Below, one piece after another: positions 11,146 to 23,989 of a DNA stretch of 64,000 bases. Location of the stretch: positions 4,137,872 through 4,201,871 of the forward strand of contig MU055549.1 in the NCBI GenBank assembly GCA_013239625.1, written 5' to 3'. A program made the translations under genes and the position numbers. The notes below the pieces were generated by a model. That model saw only the letters and a program-made list of their open reading frames with translations. It was not told where the DNA came from and did no database searches. Positions within the stretch are counted from its first letter, which is position 1; each line of letters starts with the position of its first letter. The stretch is from Lama guanicoe (lineage: Eukaryota).

Positions 11146-12054
11146 GAGCCTCAGTATGTCTGTCTGAGTCAACGGAAGTTGATTTTGCTGTTTTGGCTGC
11201 AGTAACCCAGTCTTGGACACTGATGTCTGAATCATGAGGAAGAGTGAGTGACAGACTGAGGGAGGAGGGCTGCGGAGGGAGATGGAGGAGACATCTGAGG
11301 GCAAGCGATGGTCGAGCTGGGCCAGGAAGAGGGGTGGGACCCTGGCCAGCAGCAGGGAGGGTATTGTAGGAAGTGCGCCCTCACTAGGAAAGGCACTTTC
11401 TTAGAAGGTGCGCGTCATAAAGACACCATTTAGGTGGGCAAGACTCAAGAAACTAAAGTTGTAGGAATTTTCTATGATTAAGTTGTCCGGCCTAGACTTG
11501 GCAAGAATTAGGACCCTTACACGTAGAAAGCCCAGTTAGCTGCATGCCTGGGGACTGGAATGTACTGATTGGTTAAACAGCCCCTTGCGGTTCAGTTCTA
11601 ACCAAAACCCTCACCGAAATAGACCAGCTGCTTTCTTAGCTTCATCAGCGCAACATGTCAAGAGCTCAAGGCTGGTTTTATTTTCTAGAGTGGGAGGTGC
11701 CGGATTAGAAAAGCTATTCAAAAAAAATATTTTAAAAAACAAGAGTCCGCAGGACACCTTTATTTAGCACGTTTCTGGGGGAGCATCAGACAGGAATATT
11801 AACCATTCAGCCAGGCTGCGTTTGAGAAGGGGGTGCAAGAAATAAATGCTCACCCACGTGCTGTGTGGCTTGGTGACCTCTGAGCCTGATTCCAAGCGAG
11901 GAGCAGCCCCCTGACGGGAGGTTCTCAGTAAACAGAAGCTATTTTTACATTTTTATCTTCAGGCTTTCTCATCCCCAGTCTCTCCTGGACTTTTCTCCTC
12001 TAATTCTGTACCAGCCAATTCTTGCCTTCCTTCGGCAAGACCCTGTACCCCTCG

Positions 12055-12165
12055 GCACACAGACACAGACGTGCACACATACACGGGCACGTATACACAC
12101 ATACACATGGACACGCACTTATACATGCGCACACATGCATAAGAACACACACACACACCACACAC
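12055..12165. repeat. Degenerate (CA)n-rich simple repeat
   Basis: cacacagacacagacgtgcacacatacac... runs. Confidence 0.8.
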
Positions 12166-13125
12166 CCTGCTCTCTTCTCTGCTTGGGACTTTCCCCACCT
12201 CCTGCTTCGTAAGACGTTTCCCTCAGCCCTGAGCTCAGCGCCAGTGAGACTCCCTCCAAAAGCCTTGCTCACTTGCACTCCTGTCTCCCGGGCTGGGCTG
12301 GGCTGGGCTGGTCCCCGGCTCTGTGGCCCGGAGCCCTGCTGTGCTTCTTGGTAGAATGTGGCCCAGTGGAACCTGGACCTCCCCACTCCTAGGACTAAGC
12401 TGTGTCCATCCAGGAAGGCAGACCATGGATTTACTGGTCCCTCTGCTCTGGTGACCAGACGCAGGAGGTGTCTGAGATGAAATGATCTTAAAGCCCACAG
12501 TATTTTTATTAAAGGGAGGGCAGACCAAAGAAAACAGGACCAAACCAAGAAGGAGAAGGGGCCGCCCGGTGCGGGGCCGAGGGCTGGTTCGCTGGCCTGT
12601 CTCCCCGTCCACAGCTCCACGGCTGGACGGCTCCTCCCGCTCCTGACCAGCCAGCCCCCCACAGTCCCGCAGGACTAGCCCTCATATTTGGGAATAGGGA
12701 CCCCCTGCAACCCTGGCCACATCCAATTCGTCTGGACAGAAGTAGGGAGTCCAGGGGTGGGGGTTTGTCCGGGGCCACAGTCACCAAGTGCCAGCGCATG
12801 TCGCTCCCGGCCACCCTCACGTGACCAAGATCCTGGAGAGAACTTGCAGGCAAGTCCTGGGGTAGGAGCCCGTTGGGGGTCAGTTTTTCCCCGGGGAAGT
12901 TTGCCATCAGGGGCAGAGAAGGGTTTTTGGTGTCTGGGCGTCTGAAGTTCATTACTGCCGGGAGATGCCGAGGAAGGAAGGAAGGGGAGGCCGCCCTCAG
13001 CCCTAAACAGAGTCAAGACCGAGGAACTTAGGCCTTGGCTGCCGGGCACGGGGGTGAGGCATCCGGGTTGCTGTGGAGAGATTACGTCGCAAATGTCAGG
13101 ACCATAAAGCAAATTCTAGCTACTT

Positions 13126-13177
13126 AACGAAAATCGATGTAAGATACTGTGAACGAAAATCGATTTAAGATACTGTG
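13126..13177. repeat. 26-bp direct tandem duplication
   Basis: aacgaaaatcgat(g/t)taagatactgtg twice, one mismatch. Confidence 0.9.
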
Positions 13178-13619
13178 GCTGGGATCCTACCATTTGCTGG
13201 GCTGTCTAGAAAATTCCTCTATAATTGCTGCTGAAATCATCTCCCCAGACAGAGCAGTGTCACTGCAGCCACAGCTCGAGGGACCCTGGTTCTGGCGCCG
13301 TGCAGACCCCCAGCGCCCGGGCCGTCTCCTGGGCCTGGTCGCAGCCTCCCTGCTGGTAAGAGCACCACATCAGCACCCGAGCACCCGGTGGTCTGTAAGC
13401 CGGGGGGTCATCCATATCGCTCTTCACAGAGGAGCGAAAAGGGCCCGTGACTCATTCCTGGGAAGCCCCTCCTGGCGTCGACACGACGGCTTCCCGGAGT
13501 GAAGGTCTGGTTTGGTACGTTTGTTGGCTGGGTCATGCTGGAGTCAGCCTTGCGTTCACCGGCCCCACCTCCAGCCTGGCAAGTCCTGAAGCTTCCTGGA
13601 CAAGGGTCATTAAATAGCC

Positions 13620-14480
13620 ATCGATGACTGTCCTTTATAAAATATTGAAGGGAAACATTTATTATAGGAATAACAAAGGGTCATATCAACGTTTTAAAAA
13701 GAATTACAATGAATCAATGAGGACAGGTCAAATGACACAATTAGGAGCATGGATAAAAAGTAGGAACTGGTGATTCACAGATGAAACACGAACAACAAAC
13801 GTGTGACAACACGCTCAGCCCACTGAAGTCAGGCAAATGCAAGCATGAGGCAAGACAGATTTTTTTGCCTCTCCATTTTACAAAGTTCAAAGGCTTGCTG
13901 TTATCCGGTCAGTGATGGGTAGAGAGATGGCCACCATCTGCACTACAGGTGGCCAGATGAGTTGGGACATCCTTTGGAGGTGGCAATTTTTCTGACCCAG
14001 AAACTCCACTTCTGGGAAGCTCTCTGTTAGAGATACTTTGCACGTGAGAGCAAACACATTTGCACAAATACGTTCGTCATAAAACTGCAGTGTGACAACG
14101 CAGGCTGAGGGAAACTGCCCGACGTCCACCACTGTCCACCTGCAGTGGTTTACACCGGGGATGCCAAGCGCCCTCAGACAGGACGAGGAAGCTGTGCACG
14201 TGCTGACACGGCCAGAGTCTAACACAGAGCATTAGACAAAAGGGCAAGTCGCACAGCGGCCCATAGGCGGTGTGCTGTGTCGTTTCTAAGATACAAGGTT
14301 TCCACTGCTAACCTCTTGAACGTCAGGACGTATCTCAGAACCGATGGCACCTTGGAAGAGACAACTGGCAGTGTGCTGGCTGTCTTACTGGAACGTAAAG
14401 GGGATTTGGCAATTTTGTCATCCTGGATTTGATGCTATACCAGGAGTCTGACACTGTTGCTCTGAAAAACAAACCATCAA
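13620..14480 (+). mobile_element. Old, degenerate L1 (L1ME-like) fragment
   Basis: Remnants such as aactggtgattcacagatgaa, gacccagaaactccacttctggg, typical of L1 ORF2 end/3'UTR; boundaries approximate. Confidence 0.55.
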
Positions 14481-15445
14481 ACCACAGTCCGTGTGTTTAT
14501 GTAGCTGTACGCTCTAAATCTGCAGACATCTGTCTGGAAGGACATATCCCTAAGTTATCAGTGGATCGAGGCAGGGAAGAGGAGTCGGGTGAAGGGCCAA
14601 GTTCACATGCGCTCTTTCTGTTTGGCTTGAGCTTTACAACAAACACATCTCCCTGTGTTGCTTCAGTGGCACCATCTTTTGAGACCAGGGGCCGGTGCCC
14701 CGGGAGACAACTCCCCACCTGGGAGTCGGAGGAGGGGAGGCCGCAGGCCGGGGAGGCCAGAAGCCCTCCTGGCTGCCGAGCTAGTCTCGTGTCTAGAGCC
14801 TGGGTTTGGGGGGTAGCCTGTACCCTGGGACGGGGAGGACTCTCCCCTCGAGTCACCCAATCATGGGTACTGCCGCAGAGCCTGCTGAGCTGCACGCCCC
14901 TAATCTGTGCCCTCCAACCCCAGCCGGGCGCTCACCTCCCCCGGCCGTGGGCCCACCGGCCCGCCCACCCTGCCAGTACCTGGTGCCACGTCAGTACATT
15001 TCCACCTGACAAGGGGCTCCTCTGGGGCAAGCCTGGCGTTTGTCCCCTTTCGGCCCCTCGCACCCTCCTGAGGCTGTGGGCTTGGGCCGGTTGGTCCCTG
15101 GCAGGCTGGGATGCCCGTGTGCACCTTCGCGGCCCCTCTTCCGACCTCTCCTCCCCATCCACCGCCTCCGGGGGTGCCCCAGCTTTCACCTCTCCGCCTC
15201 TGTCCCCCGGGGGAGGGAGCCACCGCACCGAGGGCAGAAGCGAGGCGCCCCCTTATCTACCACATAGACAGACGCGCAGACGGACAGACCCAGAAGGAAA
15301 ACCAACGCTAAACCCAACGTAGAGCAAAGAGCGGTCACTGCTGGTGGGTTTTTTTTTTTTGCAAGGGGGGGTGAATTGAGTGGAGGGAGAAGAAAAAGAG
15401 GTTTTCAAATCACTCATTTTAACAAATATAACAAGGCTTATAAAA

Positions 15446-15455
15446 TTTATTTATT
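15446..15455 (-). promoter_or_regulatory. Candidate distal PTPRE polyadenylation signal(s); a proximal candidate lies at 17686-17691
   Basis: Overlapping tttatt on + (AATAAA on -) in an AT-rich block ~3.2 kb downstream of the expected stop. Confidence 0.45.
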
Positions 15456-18400
15456 AAATAAATACAACAAATAGTAAAAAGCATCTGTAAATCCCAGAGT
15501 ATGTGAAAGAGGAAGCTAGTGCGTGGGTCAGGGGAGGGCGGAGAGAGAGCTGGGACCACCAGGGACATAGGGTGTGTCAAGCGTGGGGGGCCTCACAGGA
15601 GTTACTACTTAAGAGGAGAAGCAACGTTAGAAGGATTTCCTGATTCCATCTGGCCGTGGGCTTGGAGCTCGCTGCCATCCTCCCTTCTGAGATTCTGAGA
15701 AGCCAGCACTCAGGGCGCAAAGCCCTGTTCGGATTCCAGGGGGAACGTGCGCCCCCTGCAGGGCGAGTTATTTGACTCCATGCTTCACGCACGATGAGAA
15801 CTGGGCTCACCCACCGGCCACCGCACTCACTCTTGCCAGGGGAGCTGCTTGATGCTGTGTCCGAGCTAAATTTTAGAAGCCCTAAAATCATCTTATATAA
15901 GTCAGCGCTTACCTCCTAACGAATGTCTTGTCTAAAGGGATCTAAGGCACAAGGCTGGGAAGAGGAGACTGCAGTGAAGAAAGAGACGCAGGCTGAGAGT
16001 CAAAGTAAAGATTTATCCTTGTATCTGAATGTTTTGGATCTTACAATTTGCATATACAAAGAATTGAGCGACATCCACTGGCATTACAGTCAGAGCAAGA
16101 TCAAATTATAACTGTAATAAAAGAAAAAATGGTAGTTGAAACTGAAATACATACATATATTATAAAGATTGCATATAAATTAAACACAACTCAGGTAAGC
16201 AAAACTGAAGTATCAGTTACACATACATTTTTAAAAATAACATGGGCATGTCTCCGAACGCTGAAACAGAGGTGTCAGGCTCATTTTAAAAAGTTTTTAA
16301 AAACACATAAAAATACCTTTTAAAACACTGGTGTGCATTCTTCACTCGTGTAGCACGTGGAGAAAAACCGCACAGCGAGTCACACAGTGACCGATAAAGC
16401 ATGGAGGTCAGAATGGTGGCCTTCTAACCCCTATTTGGCGTTTGAATGCAAAGGCATGCAGCAGAGAGAGATGGCTTCGCCAGCATGGCGCAGTTTCGTT
16501 ATGTACACGGACTTTCTTTGACCAAAGGGAGAAAAGAGAGAACTTTCTGGGCCAGACAGACAGGACACCGAGTCCCAGAGGGCCCACCAAGGCTGTTGGA
16601 CTGGGAGGCGGTGTCAGAGGCCAGGAGGCTGCTCTTACTGGGCCTCCTGTTCAGGCAGGTGCTGCCCTGAGTGCAGAGGGGGTCCTGCACCCAAGGGACC
16701 GTGGCTTCTGCTATGTTTTCTGAACCACAAGGGCCGAAGTGCAGTGGACACGGGGGCAGGCCAAGGGAGCAGAGGAACACACATGGGCGCTTTCCTGACG
16801 GCACCCCCAGTAGGTCTGCCTTAATCTCAAGTTGAGAGATGCCACTTAGACCATTAAGGGGCCTGCAGGATTCTGGTGAAATGTTCCTAAATCTGACCCA
16901 AAGACATGCACCTCGGCCCTGACTCTGGACCCCATGTTGCCTTCACCCCAAACAGTGGCTCTGTTTCTAGGCTTCGGTGCTCACTCAGTCTTTTCTCTTC
17001 CCCTGTAGTCAAAGAAGGGCTTCGGGCTTGGGATTTTAACAATGACAACAAATGGACCACCTGGCAGGTCTTGCAAAGCACTCTCCGTTTTCCTCCCGGG
17101 CCCAAATGCATGCTCGTGTGCCCAGAAGGCAGATGGGCGCCTCCAGCTGTGTGTGGCCCAGGGCAGCAGCTGGTGGTGATGGCAGCGCTGGCAAGTTGTG
17201 CTTTTGTCCGTCAGCTGGGAGCCTCCTCCGGCCAGTGGGCGGGGCTCGGAGGCGTGGTGGAAGCTTGATGCCTTGGGCCCGCTATTGGGACTTAACCGAC
17301 CCTGGGATGAAATGAACGCTAGAAATGAACATGGGATAAACAGGGCGGTAGGAAGGTGCAATCAGTTACCAGTGGAAATGGCAAGTAAGGCCTTTAGACT
17401 CATATTTCTTTTAAAAAGCAAAAAAAGTACCCCCAAATGCACATGTCCAATGTGTTCAGAAAGGTAGACCAGATGTCTTTTTGGTATTGTACTCATCTAG
17501 ACACCTGAATGTCCCAGACTGATCGCTGTTAGATTAAACCTTTCTACATGCATCCTTTCCCCTTTGTTTTGGTCCCAAAAGCCAATCCCGTCTGGCTCTG
17601 GGATCATTAGCATCCAGTGCCAGGGGCCTCAGTAGTAACCATTCAAAAATAAGTTAGCCTTCAGATTAAGGATTTCTCTTCTTCTTTTATTAAATATTGA
17701 GGAGTGGGACTTAAAAACTGTATAAATCTAGATTTCAAGATTTCTTTTCTTACAGTCTTGGTTTTTACAAGAGACCTTCAAATACCAAAATGCTTCTCAA
17801 GAAGTTTAACGCAGAATTGCCTGTGGCTGTTCTGTTTCTACCAGGCGGGCGCTCTTTGCTTCCGTGAGCGTGAGACGTCCGGCTCTACCTGACCTTTTGG
17901 AATGGGAAGTGGTTTTTCTGTCACGCGAGTCTCAGAGAACCATCTGAGTCAAACACCCAGACAGACGGACAGCACGCAGCGTCTTGGGAGAGAAACTCTG
18001 AGGGCTGGTTTTGCTGGACCCCCAGCCGTGGGCACATGAGCCCACCAGCCTTCCCAGCTCACCCGTCCAGCCAAGATGGCACGCCACAGCCTTGAATAAA
18101 TGCATTTCTAAGTATTAATAATAGTCACCAAATACTCCAGTGTGTTTTAGACCTGTACTCGGGTTGTAAAGTCTCCTTTGATCTTTAAATGCAAAGATAA
18201 ACCACACGGGTCGAGATTAAGGACTGCAACAACCCCTATTCCACCGCATCTTCACCAAAGGTTTGCCTTCAAAAACCTGCTGCTGCTCGGGGCTGCGAAA
18301 CCAGTGTCAGGGAAGTCCACTTTCCACTGATTTCTGAGTCCTCGACTGTTTCCTAATGACGCTGTGGTTAGTATCTTGTGTAAATAAACACACTTGGCAT

Positions 18401-18621
18401 GTTAAGACTTCTAACATTTAGACGTGCTGACTGTGTGAAATTATACAATATGAATCTAATGAAAAATTAAAATATTTTTACTGATTAGCAGAAATATATA
18501 TTTTATGGGATATTATTTGAACTTAATACATTATTCCAGTTTTTAAAAGGGGTATTTGAGATTTAATAACTGCAAGTGGCCTTTAAAGCGTAACAAAATA
18601 TATACAAAGAAATTAGGAAGG

Positions 18622-18801
18622 NNNNNNNNNNNNNNNNNNNNNNNNNNNNNNNNNNNNNNNNNNNNNNNNNNNNNNNNNNNNNNNNNNNNNNNNNNNNNNN
18701 NNNNNNNNNNNNNNNNNNNNNNNNNNNNNNNNNNNNNNNNNNNNNNNNNNNNNNNNNNNNNNNNNNNNNNNNNNNNNNNNNNNNNNNNNNNNNNNNNNNN
18801 N
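18622..18801. other. Assembly gap (180 N), probable location of the last PTPRE coding exon
   Basis: Run of N; the expected terminal peptide (EQYEFCYK...DYANFK) was not found in flanking sequence. Confidence 0.9.
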
Positions 18802-19733
18802 GAACATATTAAAATAATATTTTTAAAATATGTGATTGATTTAATTAGGAGAAACAGTAACAGGAAGACATAAAAAATCTGATTAGTTATTAAAATACTG
18901 TATTATACCCTAATACACATTGGCTTCTGTTGCTTCACTTAGTTTCTAGGCACATGAACACTTCCAAATAAAGCTGTTTTTCTAGAGAGAAGATGTCCAT
19001 GTTTAGTTTCACCTTAGCTGAGTGTATTTAGGACAGTCTGGGTGAAAGATTCTTTAGGTTTTCATATTTAAACGAAAAAACAACTACTTTTGAACTGGAA
19101 AAAAAAAGTTAGTGTACTTAGCATCAAACTTCATAATGTAACAAAAAGTAACCTATAGAAGTTAAATAGGCTAGGACTATAGATTGTTCTCAAGCCGAAG
19201 TTTACACTACAAAAGGGACATTGTTACATGTAAGTGTTACTAGGATGCGAAGGACAATGCCTTATGTCTGCGTCTGCATAAGGCTATTAACCTATTTCAA
19301 CACTTGTACAGCATCTGACTCCTGCCTTCCCAGAAGCTCTGTGAGGTGGTTAAGACTAGAGCCAGGTAGGTGGCGGGTTAATGGGGGACCAGCGAGCAGG
19401 GTGTGTGGCACCCCCAATAACGGGCACTCAAAGGAAGAAATAATAAAGATGGAGAAATTGTTGATGGTAGGACTCTTCAGCATGCCTACTGTGCATCTCA
19501 GAAAACCCTGTATACATAACATCAGCTGGCAGGAGGTGGACCCCGAAGGTTCGAGTAACAACAGAGGGCAGTAAAAGGGTCTGGGTACTTGCAGACCCTG
19601 GCCATTTGCTGGCCCAGAGAACATGGCAGATGGGGAAGCAGGGGGGCTGAGGGCGGCTCCCAGCCCCCTCCTCTTCTTTCCCAACACCTTGGATTCAGCC
19701 TCTTCCCTAAATTCACACTGAACAAAAATCGCA

Positions 19734-19841
19734 GGGGAGGATATAGCTCAGTGGTAGAGCGTATGCCTGGAAGGCACAAGGCCCTGGGTTCAATCCCCAG
19801 TCCCTCTACTAAATAAATAAATAAACCTAATTACCCACCCC
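19734..19841 (+). mobile_element. Short tRNA-derived SINE (camelid-type)
   Basis: A-box tagctcagtggtagag, B-box gggttcaatccc, tail aaataaataaataaacctaattacc; aaaaatc on both flanks (possible partial TSD). Confidence 0.8.
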
Positions 19842-20769
19842 AAAAATCTATAGGCTTTTGAGTTGAATAAGGCCAAACATTAGCCTGTCCGGCCCTTCTG
19901 AAATCTCAGTCCAGCTGGCACAGGGAGGAGCTTGGCCTTCCAGGGAAAGAAAAGATGAAGCAGGAACCTCCTGTCCTGAGATTGCAGGGAAGTTGTTGGG
20001 AGAGCCAAGAAGGGATGGGGGGCTCCTCCCTTCCTGCTACTGCAATTGCCACCAGATCCTCAGTCCTCAGGAGGGAAGGCCAAGTGCCTGAGTCAGGACT
20101 GAGCTAGCAAGGAGAGTGAGTAGGCTGGGAGGGCAAGGCCTAAATAAAGCAGGTAGCCCCGGGGAAAGGGACAGGCATGAACAGCCTTTAAAATTGCACT
20201 TGAGGCTGCAAACAATCACCGGATTTGGTGAGGCGGCATCTCTCCTGCAAACTAGGAAGTGTGTGTTTTCACCACCAAGTGCAAGAGGATGTACGGAGCA
20301 ACTGCTCACTGAATGGATTCCTTAAGCCCCCTGGACAGTGTCTGGAGGCTGAGTGAGACCCAGCCAAGGAAGAGTCCAGACAGACAGTGGACGGCAGAAG
20401 ATTACAAGAACCAGGACTGGAAACGTCAGAGCTGCTTCTGAGCTTGGTCCATCCGTAAATGCACACTGGGCTCCGGTGGAAGAGCTCACTCTGACACAGC
20501 AGCTGGTACCAGCAGGGCCTCTGTCTCGGGGGTCTCATCACAGGACGTCCTGGATGTGCCCCTCCGTTCGTGTCCTGCCCAGGGGACAGACCCCAGCCCG
20601 AGGAGGAAGGAGGGAGTCTCTAAAACTTTACCATAAACTGACTGGAACTTTTAGCTTTATTTCTTGGAAACTTACCTCCCCACCTCCGCCCCACTTGAAC
20701 TCTTTCAACGAAACATACATCAAATTCAGCATCAGATGGGTCTCGACTTCCCTGGAAACAGGTTCTTAC

Positions 20770-20905
20770 CAGGGTTTGCACCATATGTGGCCTCTGAAGT
20801 CGTAAACTCTTCACAGCTTGGAATACGTCTAAAAGCCCCTCAGCTTTGACTCGTTCCAGGATGTTGCTGAGCGCGATGAACGTCCCTGTTCTTCCGGCCC
20901 CGGCG
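20770..20905 (-). CDS. PTPRE: PTPRE exon, D2 P-loop second half ([24 protein letters not shown]...QRPHMVQTL)
   Basis: cag|C...CTG|gtaag, 136 nt, phase consistent. Confidence 0.95.
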
Positions 20906-21179
20906 CTGTGGGGAAAACGTGCTTGATGAGATGCCCAAGCCAGCCCACGGGGATGAGAATCCACGGTCCCCAGGACTGAAGAAACCGTCACCGCAAGGAT
21001 CGCGGTCAGGGTTTTTAACGATCATTTGCATGTGGCTTTAGCTTTTGACCAAGAGTCAGCAAATATAAAATCCCCAAGACACTTGCCTAATTGCAACAGA
21101 CAGACTCCTCCTGAGTCTCATCAGGACCGGTCACAAGGTTTTAACCTTGCAGAACCGCTCCCCTCTTCCCTGTGTAGAC

Positions 21180-21260
21180 CACTGGTTCTCGGTGGGGCGC
21201 CGGGACCAGTCACACCAGCATCACCTGGAAACTTGTTAGAAGTGAAGCCCCTCCCGGTTC
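21180..21260 (+). mobile_element. MER5-like (hAT-Charlie) fragment
   Basis: cagcatcacctggaaacttgttagaagtg. Confidence 0.45.
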
Positions 21261-22623
21261 AGGTCGAGGGACAGGAGGCCCTGGCCCAGACTCTCTTTGC
21301 TGTGCAGACCCACCTTCTGAGACGGGAAGTGTGCAAGGCGGGGTTTAAGGGGTCAGATAATGGACGAACACTTCCCAGCGATGGAGATCTGAGTCTACTC
21401 CGTTTAAGATGATCAGTTGCTTGACAGACTGGATATACCCACAAGAGCAGACCCTCTTAGGAGGGAGAAAGCAGGCCTAAGGGAGGCGGGCTTGGCTGGC
21501 CTCTTCCAGGGAGCCCTCTGGGGATGCACGGCTGCCCTCTGGGCCCCAGAATCCCAGTTGTGGGCTGGTTCTAAGATTCCAGTCTCTGCGTCTGCCTTCC
21601 CACAGATGGGATGCCCTTGTGGGTCTCGTATCCCTGGTGCCCAACACGTGCTAAGCTCAGCCTGGGTTTGCAGAGATGGAACACCGAGGAACTCAGTTCC
21701 AGTTTATCCTAAAGGATGTCTATGAAGGCGCCAGGGACTGCAAACCACAGCATGCGCTCCACCTGCTGGCCAGGCCGGAAGTGCGCCAGGCGGGTCTCAG
21801 ACAAGTAACAAACCCTCGCTGTTCAGCTGCGCTTTGCTGGCTGCAGGGCTGGGTGTGGGGAGCAGGGCTGGGGGCGGAGCAGCAGGCACTCACAAAAAAC
21901 GGGAGCCACGTGTGTGGAGAAAGGGACAGAAGCGCAGCTTTAGAAGCAAATTAGGACCCTCGGGATTAAACAGCACAGACTCTGTGGGCAAGAGCTTTGC
22001 AAGGGTGGCCAAGGCCCCGCTTGCAGAGGGTCCTGGCACAGAGGGAAGGGGAGCTGGCACGTCCCCAGATCTGGTCAGATTCGGTCTCTACCCCCGTAAT
22101 GCTGTCTATCCAGGTGTTTGCTGGGGTGCCTCAATGTGTCCAGGTGTCCCCACCCTCCCACCCTCTGCCCGAGGTGTGTCCCTCTGTCCGTCCCTCTGTC
22201 CTTGGTCCTGACTTGGGAGCTGGACTGAGAGGCTTCAGGATGGAGTAAGGCTGGGGGCGCTCCATTGCGGACCCCGGCCTGGACATCCCTGAGCAGCTCA
22301 AGGAGACCCTCCTGTTTGCTGGGTGGGCACCTCAGCCAGGCTGTCTTTCAAAACAAAGACAACTGAAGTTCAGGGTTTGTCTGAGCTGTGCCTGGAAATT
22401 TTTTTTTAACACTTAAAAAGCAACAAAGAAATGTGTGTTTGAGTCATTTCCTGACTCCTCCCCAAATACTTCTGCATGTATACTAAGATGGCCTTTGTGC
22501 ACTGATGTAAATTTATTACATGCGTAAGGCAAGGTAGAAACTACAGGCCAGGGAAATTATGTTGCTGGGAGCAGTGAGCTGGGTTTGGGGTCCGCATCCG
22601 CCCCACCGGGAGGCGGCGCTCAC

Positions 22624-22790
22624 CTGCAGTGCACGGTGATGGGGTGGTTGCCCGTCTGCTGCTGCTGCTTCTGCACAGCGGCGATGAGGTCGATCATGCC
22701 CTTGCCCTCGGCAGGGATCCCGATCTCTGGCCAGCCGTGGAAGTGGAACTGTCGCACCATCCGGGTCTGCTCCTCCTGGCGGGCCAGGGG
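22624..22790 (-). CDS. PTPRE: PTPRE exon, D2 ([24 protein letters not shown]...PITVHC)
   Basis: gcag|CCC...TGCAG|gtgag, 167 nt; WPE loop. Confidence 0.95.
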
Positions 22791-23720
22791 CTGCCCGGCG
22801 GGAAGAGCGTCTCAGTGCTGCCCCATCACAGGCCCCTGCCCACCTGGGGTGGGTCACAGTCTGCCTGCCCTCCCAGGGACTCGAGCCAAGATGGGGAGCC
22901 CTCCCGAGGTCTTCGGTGGCCAGTAGAGCTCCCATCTGGCTGGCCTGAGGGCCCCAGTCAGGGTGTCTGTGGGCTGCGGTCATCTTAAAGCAGAAAGCTA
23001 GTGACGGCTCCTTCTGCGTGGGGGTCAGAACACCCAGAGGATGCGGCCCGGAGCCCCCAGGGCCCTCCAGGCCCCCTAATGGGGTCCTGGGCACTCTTGC
23101 TTGAGAGAACAGGGGTCATCCTTTTTTTTTTTTTTTTTAAAGAAGCCAGGACTCCACTTGTCCCTTCAAGGCTGGAGATGAGTTTCTGAGTCTAGTGGCC
23201 CGGGTTGTTCTGTGACCTTCGGGCAAAGCCAAGCTTCACTGTACTGACCGTCTTGAGCTCAGAATCAAAGGTAGGCACCTGACCCATGGCTGACACGCAG
23301 AGTTCCTAGTCTGACCAGGAGAAGGGCCCAAGACCCCATGGGGAGGGGGACGGCCGGGGGCTCTGAAAACGGGCCTGGCAGAGGGCAGCAGAGCAGCCTC
23401 TGTGACTCCGCTAGTGCCCGTTTCCCTCCTGCCCCTCGCCGCTGCTACTTGTCCTGAGGAGGGGAGGCAGTGGGATGCCTCTGGGAGTTGCCCCGCCATC
23501 CTCACGCTCCAGCAAGGAGGTGACACGGAGGTCACATTTTCTAAGAGATCTGTCACTTGATAATGCGGCTCCCTACTGTCCACACTGACCACTGATATGA
23601 ATGTGGGGCTCCAGAGAAGCCAGAAGCAGCAGGACATTCTGGGACAATGACAAGCGGACCCCGGGTGATGACTGCAGTGTGTTCTGTCCCCAAGAGGTTC
23701 AAGGTCTTTGACAACAATAC

Positions 23721-23846
23721 CTGATTGAAGGTGACCAGGAAGTCTCGTACGCTGATGGCTTCAGACAGGGTATCGCTCTTTATTTGGATCGTTATTTCTC
23801 CATGAGTCACTGAGCCCTCTGTTGGCCAATACTGGTAGCATTTATC
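23721..23846 (-). CDS. PTPRE: PTPRE exon (DKCYQYWPTEGSVTHGEIT...FLVTFNQ)
   Basis: aag|GAT...CAG|gtatt, 126 nt. Confidence 0.94.
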
Positions 23847-23989
23847 CTTGGAGGATAAAATAGGAATTTAAGTCTCATAATAGATAACTTGCTGCTAGCA
23901 GTTTGGATGATATGATGCCAAATTGCTCTCAAATCATTTAACATATTTTGTCTGACTGAGAAAAAAATTACGAATACTAATATGAATGC

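Noticed and set aside
14429-15322. 297-aa + strand ORF
   Set aside because: Non-ATG start, GC-rich low-complexity translation, begins in an L1 remnant, no recognisable domain.
19734-19810. tRNA gene
   Set aside because: A/B boxes are present but followed by a SINE-type tail, with a diverged second copy at 30075; interpreted as a SINE.
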